A stretch of DNA of 64,000 nucleotides from Dendrobates tinctorius (taxonomy: Eukaryota): the NCBI RefSeq assembly GCF_039654945.1, contig NW_027362008.1, forward strand, positions 4,030,001-4,094,000, read 5' to 3'. A program made the translations under genes and the position numbers. The notes beneath the pieces were generated by a model, which saw only the letters and a program-made list of their open reading frames with translations, was not told the origin of the DNA and ran no database searches. Below, piece after piece: positions 1 to 13,475 of this stretch (position 1 is the first letter of the stretch; the number at the start of each line of letters is the position of its first letter).

Positions 1-2140
1 CTATCCCTCCTAGCTTTGTGTCATCAGCAAATTTAATCAGTTTACCCTCAATTCCTTCATCTAAATCGTTGATAAAGATGTTGAACAATACAGGGCCCAG
101 GACAGAGCCCTGTGGTACCCCACATGAGACATTCTTCCAACTGAATGTGCAGCCATTTACGACCACTCTTTGGGTCCGATCACTAAGCCAGTTATGAATC
201 CACCTAACAGTTGCCTTGTCCATTCCATACTTAGTCATTTTTTCAATAAGGATTGTATGAGAGACTTTGTCAAATGCTTTGCTGAAGTCAAGATATACTA
301 TATCTACAGCATTTCCTTGATCCACCCAATCAGTGATACCGTCATAGAAGGAAATTAAGTTAGTCTGACATGACTTATTAGTTAGAAACCCATGCTGACT
401 CTGTTTAATCACTTCATTCTTATCCAGGTATTGACATACAAGTTGTTTAATAATTTGTTCAAAGATCTTTCCTGGTATAGAAGTCAGACTCACCGGCCTA
501 TAGTTGCCTGGGTCCACCTTCTTCCCCTTTTTGAAGATAGGAACAACATTTGCTCTTCTCCAGTCTTCTGGCACTTCTCCTGTTCTCCAAGAATTTTCAA
601 AGATTATGGAGAGGGGTTCAAAAATTTCTTCTGCTATCTCCTTCAGTACTCTGGGGTGTAATTCATCTGGACCTGGAGACTTGAATTCATTTAGGTTAGC
701 TAACTGTTTCCTCACTATCTTTCTGTTTATAGATATCCTGGATTCTTCTATTCCCTTAATAGGACAGTGAATAACAGTTGATGTTGCATTTCCTTTCTGA
801 GAGAAAGCAGATGCAAAATAGGAATTTAAAAGTTCAGCCTTCTCAACATCCTGTCTTACCATTTCATCATTTTCATCCTGTAAAAATCCTATAGCATCTT
901 TGACTTTTCTTTTACTTTTGACATATCCCCAAAATCCTTTATTATTGCTTTTGACATCTCTTGCAAGCCTCAGTTCATTTTCAGCTTTAGCTAATCTGAT
1001 TTGTGCCCTGCAGGTTCTGCAGACAGCATTATATTCTTCTTTAGATATGCCTCCCTCTTTCCATTTTATAAACATTTTTTCTTCCTTTTAGCATGTGCTT
1101 AAGTTCTGTGTTCATCCATCCTGGTTTCCTTAAATGCTTCCTATTCTTCCCTCTTTTCGGAATTGTTAACAACTGTGCTTTGAGAATTTCATTTTTCAAG
1201 ATTTCCCATCCTTCCTGGACATTTTTGTCTTTAAGGATATCCAGCCATTGGATCCCTCCAATTCTCTTTCTGAATCCCTTAAAATCTGCCTTTCTGAAAT
1301 CTAACCTTGACGTCTGAGTCTTCACAGGTCTTCCACCTCTAGTAATCCAAAATTCTAAAATAGCATGGTCGCTACCTCCTAGGGTCCCAGCCACTTTTAC
1401 CTCCTCAACCATTTCCTCCCTGTTTATAAGGATTAGATCCAAGGTAGCAGTTCCCCTTGTTTTCTCCCTTACCTTTTGGAAGATAAAGTTGTCAGCAAGA
1501 GAGGATAAGAATTTCCTTGACCTGTTAGTTTTGCCTGAGAGAGATTCCCAACAAATGTCTGGATAGTTGAAATCTCCCATGACAACTATGTCATATTTTT
1601 TGGAGAACTTGGCCATCTGATGCATAAAGAGTTCATCTATATCTTTGGCTTGCACAGGCGGCCTGTAGTAAATGCCTACAATGGTGTCCTTTCCATTGTT
1701 CTGTCCTTGTATTCTTACGCAAACAGTTTCCACAGAACTCCCAGTCTCTGAAGCTTCAATCTCTGTGCAGATATACGCGTTTCGAACATACAATGCGACA
1801 CCCCCTACTCGTTTATCAAGTCTGTTTCTTGCAAATAAGTTGTATCCTTCTAGTCTTGTATTCCAATCATGTGTATTGTCCCACCAAGTTTCAGTGATTC
1901 CAATTACATCATATTTCTGTTCCTGTGTTAGTAGTTCCAATTCTCCTTGTTTGTTGCCCATGCTTTGTGCATTAGTATAGAAACATTTTAGTTTGTGATT
2001 GGTTTCTCTTTCTCCAATATTTTTATTAATTAGATTCTTTCGTCTTTGTTCTTCCTTTCCACTTCTAATAGAAGAGTTCTCAATAGCATTTGTCAGGTGT
2101 ATGGCTTTTTCTGGTCTTTTGCTTCCCTTCCCATGTTGTT
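1..2140 (-). mobile_element. CR1 LINE (A-type 5' part), ORF2 APE endonuclease plus part of RT, frameshifted; cut by the window start
   Basis: [23 protein letters not shown] and SDH (APE motifs); [26 protein letters not shown]. Frameshift in the A-run near 1075-1090. The 5' boundary is approximate. Confidence 0.93.
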
Positions 2141-2184
2141 CTTGAGAAATTGAGAATAATATAATAGAAAAAATGTCTTTGTAA

Positions 2185-2564
2185 GGCTGTGTGCCCACAT
2201 TGCGCTTTTTCAGAGTTTCCGTGGTGATTTTAAACAAGTGATTCTGCCGCTGAAATGCTTAAGAAAATCATTCCATGTTATCATAATTGATTCCGCACAT
2301 GTTGTGCTAATGGTGCGTATTTTACCGCTGCGGAATTGCTTAGCGGTAAAAAACACAGCATGTTCATTAATTTTGTGGAATCGCATGCGATTATGCATAC
2401 ATACACTTGTATTGCAAAAGCGCATAGGAAATCGCATGTTAAAACATATGACAAATGCATCAAAATTGCTAAAATCTTCAAAACTGCATGCGTTTTTCCA
2501 GCTAAGGGTGTGCGTTTCTCCTCAGGAATATTCTACTTCAAAACTGCAATGTGGGCACATAGCC
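2185..2564. mobile_element. 380-bp MITE, PIF/Harbinger-like
   Basis: TIRs GGCTGTGTGCCCACATTGC (2185-2203) and GCAATGTGGGCACATAGCC (2546-2564), 18/19 match. Flanked by TAA and TGA (degenerate 3-bp TSD). Internal palindrome ttttaccgct..agcggtaaaa. Confidence 0.78.
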
Positions 2565-2969
2565 TGAAAGTGGCTTTTCTTTCCTCTAGTCTGAGTAGAT
2601 GGCTGTAATTTTTCATTCTGACGTTTGATCCATCATATGATTTTCACTCTGTTCCAGAGTGAAATTGTATTTTCCTCTTTGGTTGTTTTGTAAAAACTCA
2701 ACATCAATTTTTACAATTATGGTTCTTTCATTTGCTCCCTTATATAAATGTATATTTCTCTACTTCTGTACTGTGGCTGCTAAGAAGAATTTACAATATA
2801 CTGCGTTTGTTCTGCGCAATTGAAATACATTCTCGCCTTTATGCCATGTGGAAATCACATTCCTGATTTTAGCCATGTATGTCTTCACTTGTAATTCATT
2901 TACGTTAATTAGATATGTTAATTGTCTTTCACTAGTGTTCAGCATATTAGTGCTTTCTCGAACAATGCC

Positions 2970-3017
2970 TGTTATCATGACTAAGGGTGCTGGGACACCT
3001 GAAACGCGTTGATAACA
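2970..3017 (+). ncRNA. Minimal type-I hammerhead-ribozyme-like motif (Penelope pLTR type, atypical core)
   Basis: Stem I TGTTATC/GATAACA; core ATGACTAA; stem II GGGTG-ctggga-CACCT; GAAA; palindromic CGCG stem III; TT cleavage-site position. AATAAA lies ~50 nt downstream. Confidence 0.62.
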
Positions 3018-4226
3018 CAATCTTATGTACCATTCATGCTGATATTTTATCTATTCACATCTGAGTGAATAAAGAATTTGTGTTTTCACTTCTGGATCAT
3101 GGCTTTTTTGTTACATTAGCCATACCTTTCTTTTCTGGGCAATATAGATGTAAAAGTGTTTTTTAAGTATCAGTTATATTTGTCAATACACTTTTTAAGT
3201 GGAACTTATTAGCATGATTTTATAAGCACTTTTTTGCAAGAGAAATAAAGAAAACAGTAATTTTAACATTTATTTGTAGTTTAAAGTTTGTGTTATCTGA
3301 TTTGCTGAAAAAATAAAGCAGTAACTGCATTCAGTAGGTCAGTACTAATATGGTGCTGGTAAATTTGTATAATCTTAATTGTTTTTTATGTTTTGTACAA
3401 TATACACTTTAAAAAAAACCCATTTTTATACTGTTTTACAATTTTTTGTTAGTGGCGTGGTATGAAGATTTATTTTTGCCTGAAAATCTGTAGCTTTTGT
3501 TGTTAACAGTTTGTTGTACATGCAACTTTTTGATCACTTTTACATTATTTAGGAGGCAAAATGAAAGAAAAACACGTAAATTCTGAATTTGTTTTAATAT
3601 TTTTTTAAACCCCAGTCACTGTTGGGTATAACTGTCATGGTATCTTTATTTGGTGGACGATATCATCACCATATTCTCATAAACTTCACTTATTTATTTT
3701 TCGGTTTATTGTAGGTGACGCTGATTGAGGCTTTGTTTTTGGTTATATATGCCTTTCTAGTTATTATTTATCTCATTGTTTTGCTGGGAAGCAGAAACAA
3801 ACAGCTATGAATTGGAAATAGTTGTTATTTTTATGGAGTTCGTCCAGCAGTATAATTGACATGATTACTTTATTCTGTGTGCTGATATGATTATGTTCAT
3901 ATCTAAGAAAATCACAATACATTTTTTATAGCTGTCACATTGTGAGTCAATGCTTTGTATTTTTCTGACTGCAGATCTGTATGAGGACATGTTTTTGGGT
4001 AACAAACTAGTTATTTTGGTATAGCATCGGGATACATGATTTTTTAATTCAGTTTTTTAGTGAGGTAAGATGAACAAGAATAGCAAGTTTAGCAGTTTCT
4101 CACTTTTCCCCTCATACGGCATTGATCATGCACAATAAATTATAAGATTGTTTTATAACATGGGTCAGATCAGCAAAATTCAAAATCGCTTAACTGTTTG
4201 GATTTTCCCAATTAATTTGATTTTCA

Positions 4227-7200
4227 TAGAATCATAGAATCATAGAATCATAGAATCGTAGAGTTGGAAGGGACCTCCTGGGCCATCTGGTCCAACCCCC
4301 TGCTCAAAGCAGGATTCGCTAAATCATCCCTGTTAGATGTCTGTCCAGCCTCTGTTTGAAGACTTCCATTGAAGGAGAACTCACCACTTCTCGTGGCAGC
4401 CTGTTCCACTCATTGATCACTCTAACTGTCAAAAAGTTTTTTCTAATATCTAATCTGTGTCTCCTCCCATTCAGCTTCATCCCATTGCTTCTAGTCTTTC
4501 CTTGTGCAAATGAGAATAAAGTTGATCCTTCTACAATGTGACAGCCCTTTAGATATTTGTAGACAGCTATTAAGTCTCCTCTCAGTCTTCTCTTTTGCAA
4601 ACTAAACATTCCCAAATCCTGCAACCTTTCCTCATAAGACAGGGTTTGCAGACCGGTCACCATTCTGGTCGCTCTTTTCTGAACTTGCTCCAGTTTGTTG
4701 ATGTCTTTTTTAAAATGTGGTGCCCAAAATTGGACACAATATTCCAGATGAGGTCTGACCAAAGAGGAGTAGAGGGAAATAATTACTTCACGTGATCTAG
4801 ACTGTATGCTTCTGTTAATACATCCTAGAATTGCATTTGCCTTTTTTGCTGCTGCATCACACTGTTGACTCATTTTCAGTCTGTGATCTATTAGTATACC
4901 CAAGTCTTTTTCACATGTGCTGTCACTTAGCCCTATTCCTCCCATTCTATATATGCTTTTTTCATTTTTATTGCCCAGATGTAGTACTTTGCATTTCTCC
5001 CTGTTAAAAACCATTCTGTTAGTTGCTGCCCACTTCTCCAGTTTATTTAAATCTTTTTGAATCCTCTCTCTCTCTTCTCTAGTATTAGCTATCCCTCCTA
5101 GCTTTGTGTCATCAGCAAATTTAATCAGTTTACCCTCAATTCCTTCATCTAAATCGTTGATAAAGATGTTGAACAATACAGGGCCCAGGACAGAGCCCTG
5201 TGGTACCCCACATGAGACATTCTTCCAACTGAATGTGCAGCCATTTACGACCACTCTTTGGGTCCGATCACTAAGCCAGTTATGAATCCACCTAACAGTT
5301 GCCTTGTCCATTCCATACTTAGTCATTTTTTCAATAAGGATTGTATGAGAGACTTTGTCAAATGCTTTGCTGAAGTCAAGATATACTATATCTACAGCAT
5401 TTCCTTGATCCACCCAATCAGTGATACCGTCATAGAAGGAAATTAAGTTAGTCTGACATGACTTATTAGTTAGAAACCCATGCTGACTCTGTTTAATCAC
5501 TTCATTCTTATCCAGGTATTGACATACAAGTTGTTTAATAATTTGTTCAAAGATCTTTCCTGGTATAGAAGTCAGACTCACCGGCCTATAGTTGCCTGGG
5601 TCCACCTTCTTCCCCTTTTTGAAGATAGGAACAACATTTGCTCTTCTCCAGTCTTCTGGCACTTCTCCTGTTCTCCAAGAATTTTCAAAGATTATGGAGA
5701 GGGGTTCAAAAATTTCTTCTGCTATCTCCTTCAGTACTCTGGGGTGTAATTCATCTGGACCTGGAGACTTGAATTCATTTAGGTTAGCTAACTGTTTCCT
5801 CACTATCTTTCTGTTTATAGATATCCTGGATTCTTCTATTCCCTTAATAGGACAGTGAATAACAGTTGATGTTGCATTTCCTTTCTGAGAGAAAGCAGAT
5901 GCAAAATAGGAATTTAAAAGTTCAGCCTTCTCAACATCCTGTCTTACCATTTCATCATTTTCATCCTGTAAAAATCCTATAGCATCTTTGACTTTTCTTT
6001 TACTTTTGACATATCCCCAAAATCCTTTATTATTGCTTTTGACATCTCTTGCAAGCCTCAGTTCATTTTCAGCTTTAGCTAATCTGATTTGTGCCCTGCA
6101 GGTTCTGCAGACAGCATTATATTCTTCTTTAGATATGCCTCCCTCTTTCCATTTTATAAACATTTTTTCTTCCTTTTAGCATGTGCTTAAGTTCTGTGTT
6201 CATCCATCCTGGTTTCCTTAAATGCTTCCTATTCTTCCCTCTTTTCGGAATTGTTAACAACTGTGCTTTGAGAATTTCATTTTTCAAGATTTCCCATCCT
6301 TCCTGGACATTTTTGTCTTTAAGGATATCCAGCCATTGGATCCCTCCAATTCTCTTTCTGAATCCCTTAAAATCTGCCTTTCTGAAATCTAACCTTGACG
6401 TCTGAGTCTTCACAGGTCTTCCACCTCTAGTAATCCAAAATTCTAAAATAGCATGGTCGCTACCTCCTAGGGTCCCAGCCACTTTTACCTCCTCAACCAT
6501 TTCCTCCCTGTTTATAAGGATTAGATCCAAGGTAGCAGTTCCCCTTGTTTTCTCCCTTACCTTTTGGAAGATAAAGTTGTCAGCAAGAGAGGATAAGAAT
6601 TTCCTTGACCTGTTAGTTTTGCCTGAGAGAGATTCCCAACAAATGTCTGGATAGTTGAAATCTCCCATGACAACTATGTCATATTTTTTGGAGAACTTGG
6701 CCATCTGATGCATAAAGAGTTCATCTATATCTTTGGCTTGCACAGGCGGCCTGTAGTAAATGCCTACAATGGTGTCCTTTCCATTGTTCTGTCCTTGTAT
6801 TCTTACGCAAACAGTTTCCACAGAACTCCCAGTCTCTGAAGCTTCAATCTCTGTGCAGATATACGCGTTTCGAACATACAATGCGACACCCCCTCCTCGT
6901 TTATCAAGTCTGTTTCTTGCAAATAAGTTGTATCCTTCTAGTCTTGTATTCCAATCATGTGTATTGTCCCACCAAGTTTCAGTGATTCCAATTACATCAT
7001 ATTTCTGTTCCTGTGTTAGTAGTTCCAATTCTCCTTGTTTGTTGCCCATGCTTTGTGCATTAGTATAGAAACATTTTAGTTTGTGATTGGTTTCTCTTTC
7101 TCCAATATTTTTATTAATTAGATTCTTTCGTCTTTGTTCTTCCTTTCCACTTCTAATAGAAGAGTTCTCAATAGCATTTGTCAGGTGTATGGCTTTTTCT

Positions 7201-7230
7201 GGTCTTTTGCTTCCCTTCCCATGTTGTTCT
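4227..7230 (-). mobile_element. CR1 LINE, chimeric (B-type 3' end, A-type 5' part), ORF2 frameshifted
   Basis: (CATAGAAT)4 on + is the CR1 (ATTCTATG)n 3' tail. ORFs 6129-7325 (EN) and 4319-6163 (RT). The flank is the CR1-B insertion site. Confidence 0.94.
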
Positions 7231-7272
7231 TGAGAAATTGAGAATAATATAATAGAAAAAATGTCTTTGTAA

Positions 7273-7652
7273 GGCTGTGTGCCCACATTGCGCTTTTTCA
7301 GAGTTTCCGTGGTGATTTTAAACAAGTGATTCTGCCGCTGAAATGCTTAAGAAAATCATTCCATGTTATCATAATTGATTCCGCACATGTTGTGCTAATG
7401 GTGCGTATTTTACCGCTGCGGAATTGCTTAGCGGTAAAAAACACAGCATGTTCATTAATTTTGTGGAATCGCATGCGATTATGCATACATACACTTGTAT
7501 TGCAAAAGCGCATAGGAAATCGCATGTTAAAACATATGACAAATGCATCAAAATTGCTAAAATCTTCAAAACTGCATGCGTTTTTCCAGCTAAGGGTGTG
7601 CGTTTCTCCTCAGGAATATTCTACTTCAAAACTGCAATGTGGGCACATAGCC
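7273..7652. mobile_element. Harbinger-like MITE copy
   Basis: Same TIRs as 2185-2564. Confidence 0.78.
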
Positions 7653-8057
7653 TGAAAGTGGCTTTTCTTTCCTCTAGTCTGAGTAGATGGCTGTAATTTT
7701 TCATTCTGACGTTTGATCCATCATATGATTTTCACTCTGTTCCAGAGTGAAATTGTATTTTCCTCTTTGGTTGTTTTGTAAAAACTCAACATCAATTTTT
7801 ACAATTATGGTTCTTTCATTTGCTCCCTTATATAAATGTATATTTCTCTACTTCTGTACTGTGGCTGCTAAGAAGAATTTACAATATACTGCGTTTGTTC
7901 TGCGCAATTGAAATACATTCTCGCCTTTATGCCATGTGGAAATCACATTCCTGATTTTAGCCATGTATGTCTTCACTTGTAATTCATTTACGTTAATTAG
8001 ATATGTTAATTGTCTTTCACTAGTGTTCAGCATATTAGTGCTTTCTCGAACAATGCC

Positions 8058-8105
8058 TGTTATCATGACTAAGGGTGCTGGGACACCTGAAACGCGTTGA
8101 TAACA
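8058..8105 (+). ncRNA. Hammerhead-like motif copy
   Basis: Identical to 2970-3017. Confidence 0.62.
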
Positions 8106-9314
8106 CAATCTTATGTACCATTCATGCTGATATTTTATCTATTCACATCTGAGTGAATAAAGAATTTGTGTTTTCACTTCTGGATCATGGCTTTTTTGTT
8201 ACATTAGCCATACCTTTCTTTTCTGGGCAATATAGATGTAAAAGTGTTTTTTAAGTATCAGTTATATTTGTCAATACACTTTTTAAGTGGAACTTATTAG
8301 CATGATTTTATAAGCACTTTTTTGCAAGAGAAATAAAGAAAACAGTAATTTTAACATTTATTTGTAGTTTAAAGTTTGTGTTATCTGATTTGCTGAAAAA
8401 ATAAAGCAGTAACTGCATTCAGTAGGTCAGTACTAATATGGTGCTGGTAAATTTGTATAATCTTAATTGTTTTTTATGTTTTGTACAATATACACTTTAA
8501 AAAAAACCCATTTTTATACTGTTTTACAATTTTTTGTTAGTGGCGTGGTATGAAGATTTATTTTTGCCTGAAAATCTGTAGCTTTTGTTGTTAACAGTTT
8601 GTTGTACATGCAACTTTTTGATCACTTTTACATTATTTAGGAGGCAAAATGAAAGAAAAACACGTAAATTCTGAATTTGTTTTAATATTTTTTTAAACCC
8701 CAGTCACTGTTGGGTATAACTGTCATGGTATCTTTATTTGGTGGACGATATCATCACCATATTCTCATAAACTTCACTTATTTATTTTTCGGTTTATTGT
8801 AGGTGACGCTGATTGAGGCTTTGTTTTTGGTTATATATGCCTTTCTAGTTATTATTTATCTCATTGTTTTGCTGGGAAGCAGAAACAAACAGCTATGAAT
8901 TGGAAATAGTTGTTATTTTTATGGAGTTCGTCCAGCAGTATAATTGACATGATTACTTTATTCTGTGTGCTGATATGATTATGTTCATATCTAAGAAAAT
9001 CACAATACATTTTTTATAGCTGTCACATTGTGAGTCAATGCTTTGTATTTTTCTGACTGCAGATCTGTATGAGGACATGTTTTTGGGTAACAAACTAGTT
9101 ATTTTGGTATAGCATCGGGATACATGATTTTTTAATTCAGTTTTTTAGTGAGGTAAGATGAACAAGAATAGCAAGTTTAGCAGTTTCTCACTTTTCCCCT
9201 CATACGGCATTGATCATGCACAATAAATGATAAGATTGTTTTATAACATGGGTCAGATCAGCAAAATTCAAAATCGCTTAACTGTTTGGATTTTCCCAAT
9301 TAATTTGATTTTCA

Positions 9315-11608
9315 TAGAATCATAGAATCATAGAATCATAGAATCGTAGAGTTGGAAGGGACCTCCTGGGCCATCTGGTCCAACCCCCTGCTCAAAGCAG
9401 GATTCGCTAAATCATCCCTGTTAGATGTCTGTCCAGCCTCTGTTTGAAGACTTCCATTGAAGGAGAACTCACCACTTCTCGTGGCAGCCTGTTCCACTCA
9501 TTGATCACTCTAACTGTCAAAAAGTTTTTTCTAATATCTAATCTGTGTCTCCTCCCATTCAGCTTCATCCCATTGCTTCTAGTCTTTCCTTGTGCAAATG
9601 AGAATAAAGTTGATCCTTCTACAATGTGACAGCCCTTTAGATATTTGTAGACAGCTATTAAGTCTCCTCTCAGTCTTCTCTTTTGCAAACTAAACATTCC
9701 CAAATCCTGCAACCTTTCCTCATAAGACAGGGTTTGCAGACCGGTCACCATTCTGGTCGCTCTTTTCTGAACTTGCTCCAGTTTGTTGATGTCTTTTTTA
9801 AAATGTGGTGCCCAAAATTGGACACAATATTCCAGATGAGGTCTGACCAAAGAGGAGTAGAGGGAAATAATGACTTCACGTGATCTAGACTGTATGCTTC
9901 TGTTAATACATCCTAGAATTGCATTTGCCTTTTTTGCTGCTGCATCACACTGTTGACTCATATTCAGTCTGTGATCTATTAGTATACCCAAGTCTTTTTC
10001 ACATGTGCTGTCACTTAGCCCTATTCCTCCCATTCTATATATGCTTTTTTCATTTTTATTGCCCAGATGTAGTACTTTGCATTTCTCCCTGTTAAAAACC
10101 ATTCTGTTAGTTGCTGCCCACTTCTCCAGTTTATTTAAATCTTTTTGAATCCTCTCTCTCTCTTCTCTAGTATTAGCTATCCCTCCTAGCTTTGTGTCAT
10201 CAGCAAATTTAATCAGTTTACCCTCAATTCCTTCATCTAAATCATTGATAAAGATGTTGAACAATACAGGGCCCAGGACAGAGCCCTGTGGTACCCCACT
10301 TGAGACATTCTTCCAACTGGATGTGCAGCCATTTACGACCACTCTTTGGGTCCGATCACTAAGCCAGTTATGAATCCACCTAACAGTTGCCTTGTCCATT
10401 CCATACTTAGTCATTTTTTCAATAAGGATTGTATGAGAGACTTTGTCAAATGCTTTGCTGAAGTCAAGATATACTATATCTACAGCATTTCCTTGATCCA
10501 CCCAATCAGTGATACCGTCATAGAAGGAAATTAAATTAGTCTGACATGACTTATTATTTACAAACCCATGCTGACTCTGTTTAATCACTTCATTCTTATC
10601 CAAGTATTGACATACATGTTGTTTAATAATTTGTTCAAAGATCTTTCCTGGTATAGAAGTCAGACTCACCGGCCTATAGTTGCCTGGGTCCACCTTCTTC
10701 CCCTTTTTGAAGATAGGAACAACATTTGCTCTTCTCCAGTCTTCTGGCACTTCTCCTGTTCTCCAAGAATTTTCAAAGATTATGGAGAGGGGTTCAAAAA
10801 TTTCTTCTGCTATCTCCTTCAGTACTCTGGGGTGTAATTCATCTGGACCTGGAGACTTGAATTCATTTAGGTTAGCTAAGTGTTTCCTCACTATCTTTCT
10901 GTTTATAGATATCCTGGATTCTTCTATTCCCTTAATAGGACAGTGAATAACAGTTGATGTTACATTTCCTTTCTGAGAGAAAACAGATGCAAAATAGGAA
11001 TTTAAAAGTTCAGCCTTCTCAACATCCTGTCTTACCATTTCATCATTTTCATCCTGTAAAAATCCTATAGCATCTTTGACTTTTCTTTTACTTTTGACAT
11101 ATCCCCAAAATCCTTTATTATTGCTTTTGACATCTCTTGCAAGTCTCAATTCATTTTCAGCTTTAGCTAATCTGATTTGTGCCCTGCAGGTTCTGCAGAC
11201 AGCATTATATTCTTCTTTAGATATGCCTCCCTCTTTCCATTTTATAAACATTTTTTTCTTCCTTTTTAGCATGTGCTTAAGTTCTGTGTTCATCCATCCT
11301 GGTTTCCTTAAATGCTTCCTATTCTTCCCTCTTTTCGGAATTGTTAACAACTGTGCTTTGAGAATTTCATTTTTCAAGATTTCCCATCCTTCCTGGACAT
11401 TTTTGTCTTTAAGGATATCCAGCCATTGGATCCCTCCAATTCTCTTTCTGAATCCCTTAAAATCTGCCTTTCTGAAATCTAACGTTGACGTCTGAGTCTT
11501 CACAGGTCTTCCGCCTCTAGTTATCCAAAATTCTAAAATAGCATGGTCGCTACCTCCTAGGGTCCCAGCCACTTTTACCTCCTCAACCATTTCCTCCCTG
11601 TTTATAAG
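9315..11608 (-). mobile_element. CR1-B LINE, 5'-truncated, open 727-aa RT-containing frame, TSD GATTTTCA
   Basis: ORF 9407-11590. TSD at 9307-9314 and 11609-11616. 8-bp tail x4. Confidence 0.95.
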
Positions 11609-13256
11609 GATTTTCAGAGAAGTTATTCTCCATGAATTGAGTATCGCTGATTATGTACTGGAATCTCTCCATGCTGATATTTTATCGTCTTTTCAAATCT
11701 GAGTGAACAAAGAATTTGTTTTTTCACTTCATCGTTAAGCTAGGTCATCTCTTTTTTGGATTTTTTTATTCCAAGACATGGCAGTTCTGTGCTCAGAGCT
11801 TCATGATCTATTAACGCTGTGAGATGGATTGTTTTATATGTCTAATGTAACGCAACAAGTATAAAAATGTTCTATAGTGAAGGTCAAAACTGGCTCCAGT
11901 ATGTAACAATAAAAATGAAATAATGTGAAAACTTTTTTCACTATCTCATAAAGCTAAATTTATAAACCTTTCCAAAAATAAAATGAGATTGGCGTACAAA
12001 ATCAGCTCATCAAATAAGGAAATTCTCCCATTACACTAAAAATAAATTTGCAGAAACTGGTACATGACCTGTACCCATAGCGGTGCCATTTACTTGGTGG
12101 AAAGGGATGAAATTAAAAATAAAATCATTTGAGTCAACTAAACATCCAATAATATTTTAAAACAAACCTGTTTTGTGACTAAAAACAGATCTGCTCATCT
12201 CTCATCAGTACATGGGTGGTAGAGGTTAGCAGTGAAACAATAGAAATTTATTTAGATGCATTTACATTGTTACATGATATGAATACAGTTATGTTAGATG
12301 TCTTGTGACTACAGGTAAATGTTCTTTACCCAATTTAATAAAAAAATCTACTTACATCCAAATCTTCATTTCACTTGACCAAATAGTGAGATGTTGATGT
12401 AATTATCCTTTACAGAATCCTCTTGATTATGTCTTCTGCTGACATACTCACACTTTTTAAAGAAATGTTTTTATTCAATATTGGCTCGTTCACCCGTCTT
12501 AATCTAAAGTCACTGGATGCTTCTATAATTAAATGTAAATAAAAAAAAGAAGGGGTTACCAGATATGAAGATGCTATGCTACTGTGAAGGTAACGTGGCA
12601 AATGCATTTCCAGTAGATGTAAAAACAGTAAATTTCTGAAGATCATAAAAAAATAGACATCAATCAGCTATAAAAAGCTAACACATGTATTACATTCTTC
12701 AATATGTTGTACACTTGGACGGGATGGCCATGGGGGTGGCATTCACGCCAAATAAGGATCAACACAATATCTCAGTGCAATTTTGCACATCTTTAATATT
12801 GTATAAAATATAGAAAGCCACTTCTACTAGATGTCTAATAGCATGTAAATGAAGACTGTTATAGCTCCCATTTACATGAATTACACACGTATATACAAGA
12901 TGTATGAAGCATGGAACACCTTACTATATTAATAAATAATACAATTGAGCAATTTGAAGCAAACACTGCACTCAGCAGCTATTAATCAGGTAATCATAGC
13001 AGTGGCCCTAACAATTTCAATACCATGGTCATTGCATATTTTAGAAATTTTGTCTCTTGACTTCATGAAACTATCATGAAATAATACAATGAATAACATT
13101 TCTCTCTTTAGTTTACCTAATTATCAGCACAATGGTGAATAGTATCACAGGGCACCACAGGAAATTTCTATCCCTTTGTGTTGTCCCAAACCAGCATTCT
13201 CCCTGGAGAGATTTATAAATGTCAGTTTATATGTAAATGGAGACAGTAAGTCTTGG

Positions 13257-13475
13257 CCAATGACAATATCCCACTAATTAACAACCCCCTGCTCTTCCCA
13301 GATATAAACTGTTTCCTCCTCTCAGTGACATCTACTTCACTCCAGGTATTATTTGTGGTCAGAACTGGCCTCTGAGGAGCATCAAGCTGTAGACTTGTTG
13401 GTGTACAGGAGGAGTTCAGCACCGACTATCATCTCTTTCAGTAGCAGTAGACATCTTCAATCTCCATCTACAAAG
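13257..13475 (+). promoter_or_regulatory. Putative kinase promoter (CCAAT, TATA) and non-coding exon 1, copy 1
   Basis: CCAAT at 13257, TATAAA at 13303-13308, donor CAAAG|gtgaat at 13475/13476, acceptor ttttattcag|A at 13695/13696 one base before the ATG. The spliced context aagaATGG is a good Kozak. Confidence 0.6.

Larger units (their letters stand above)
1..9870. repeat. 5,088-bp direct tandem duplication (CR1 + MITE + pLTR-like segment + AT-rich repeat)
   Basis: All ORFs in 170-4795 recur at exactly +5088 (e.g. 1041/6129, 2760/7848, 4319/9407). Only a few substitutions are seen, e.g. at 1807. Confidence 0.93.

Noticed and set aside
170-1980. Many short + strand ORFs overlapping the CR1 copies (62-139 aa, recurring in every copy)
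   Set aside because: They are antisense shadows of CR1 ORF2. Their recurrence only reflects the duplications.
2140-2237. N-terminus [19 protein letters not shown].. of the 390-398 aa endonuclease ORFs as a real start or fusion protein
   Set aside because: The frame begins at a non-ATG codon inside the MITE and runs through flank into CR1 by chance. There is no evidence of a promoter or a real fusion.
2210-2608. Four overlapping ORFs over the MITE
   Set aside because: No transposase motifs. They arise from the repetitive, palindromic non-coding MITE.
4225-4260. (CATAGAAT)n arrays as CRISPR- or telomere-like repeats
   Set aside because: No spacers. This is the standard CR1 3' octamer tail.
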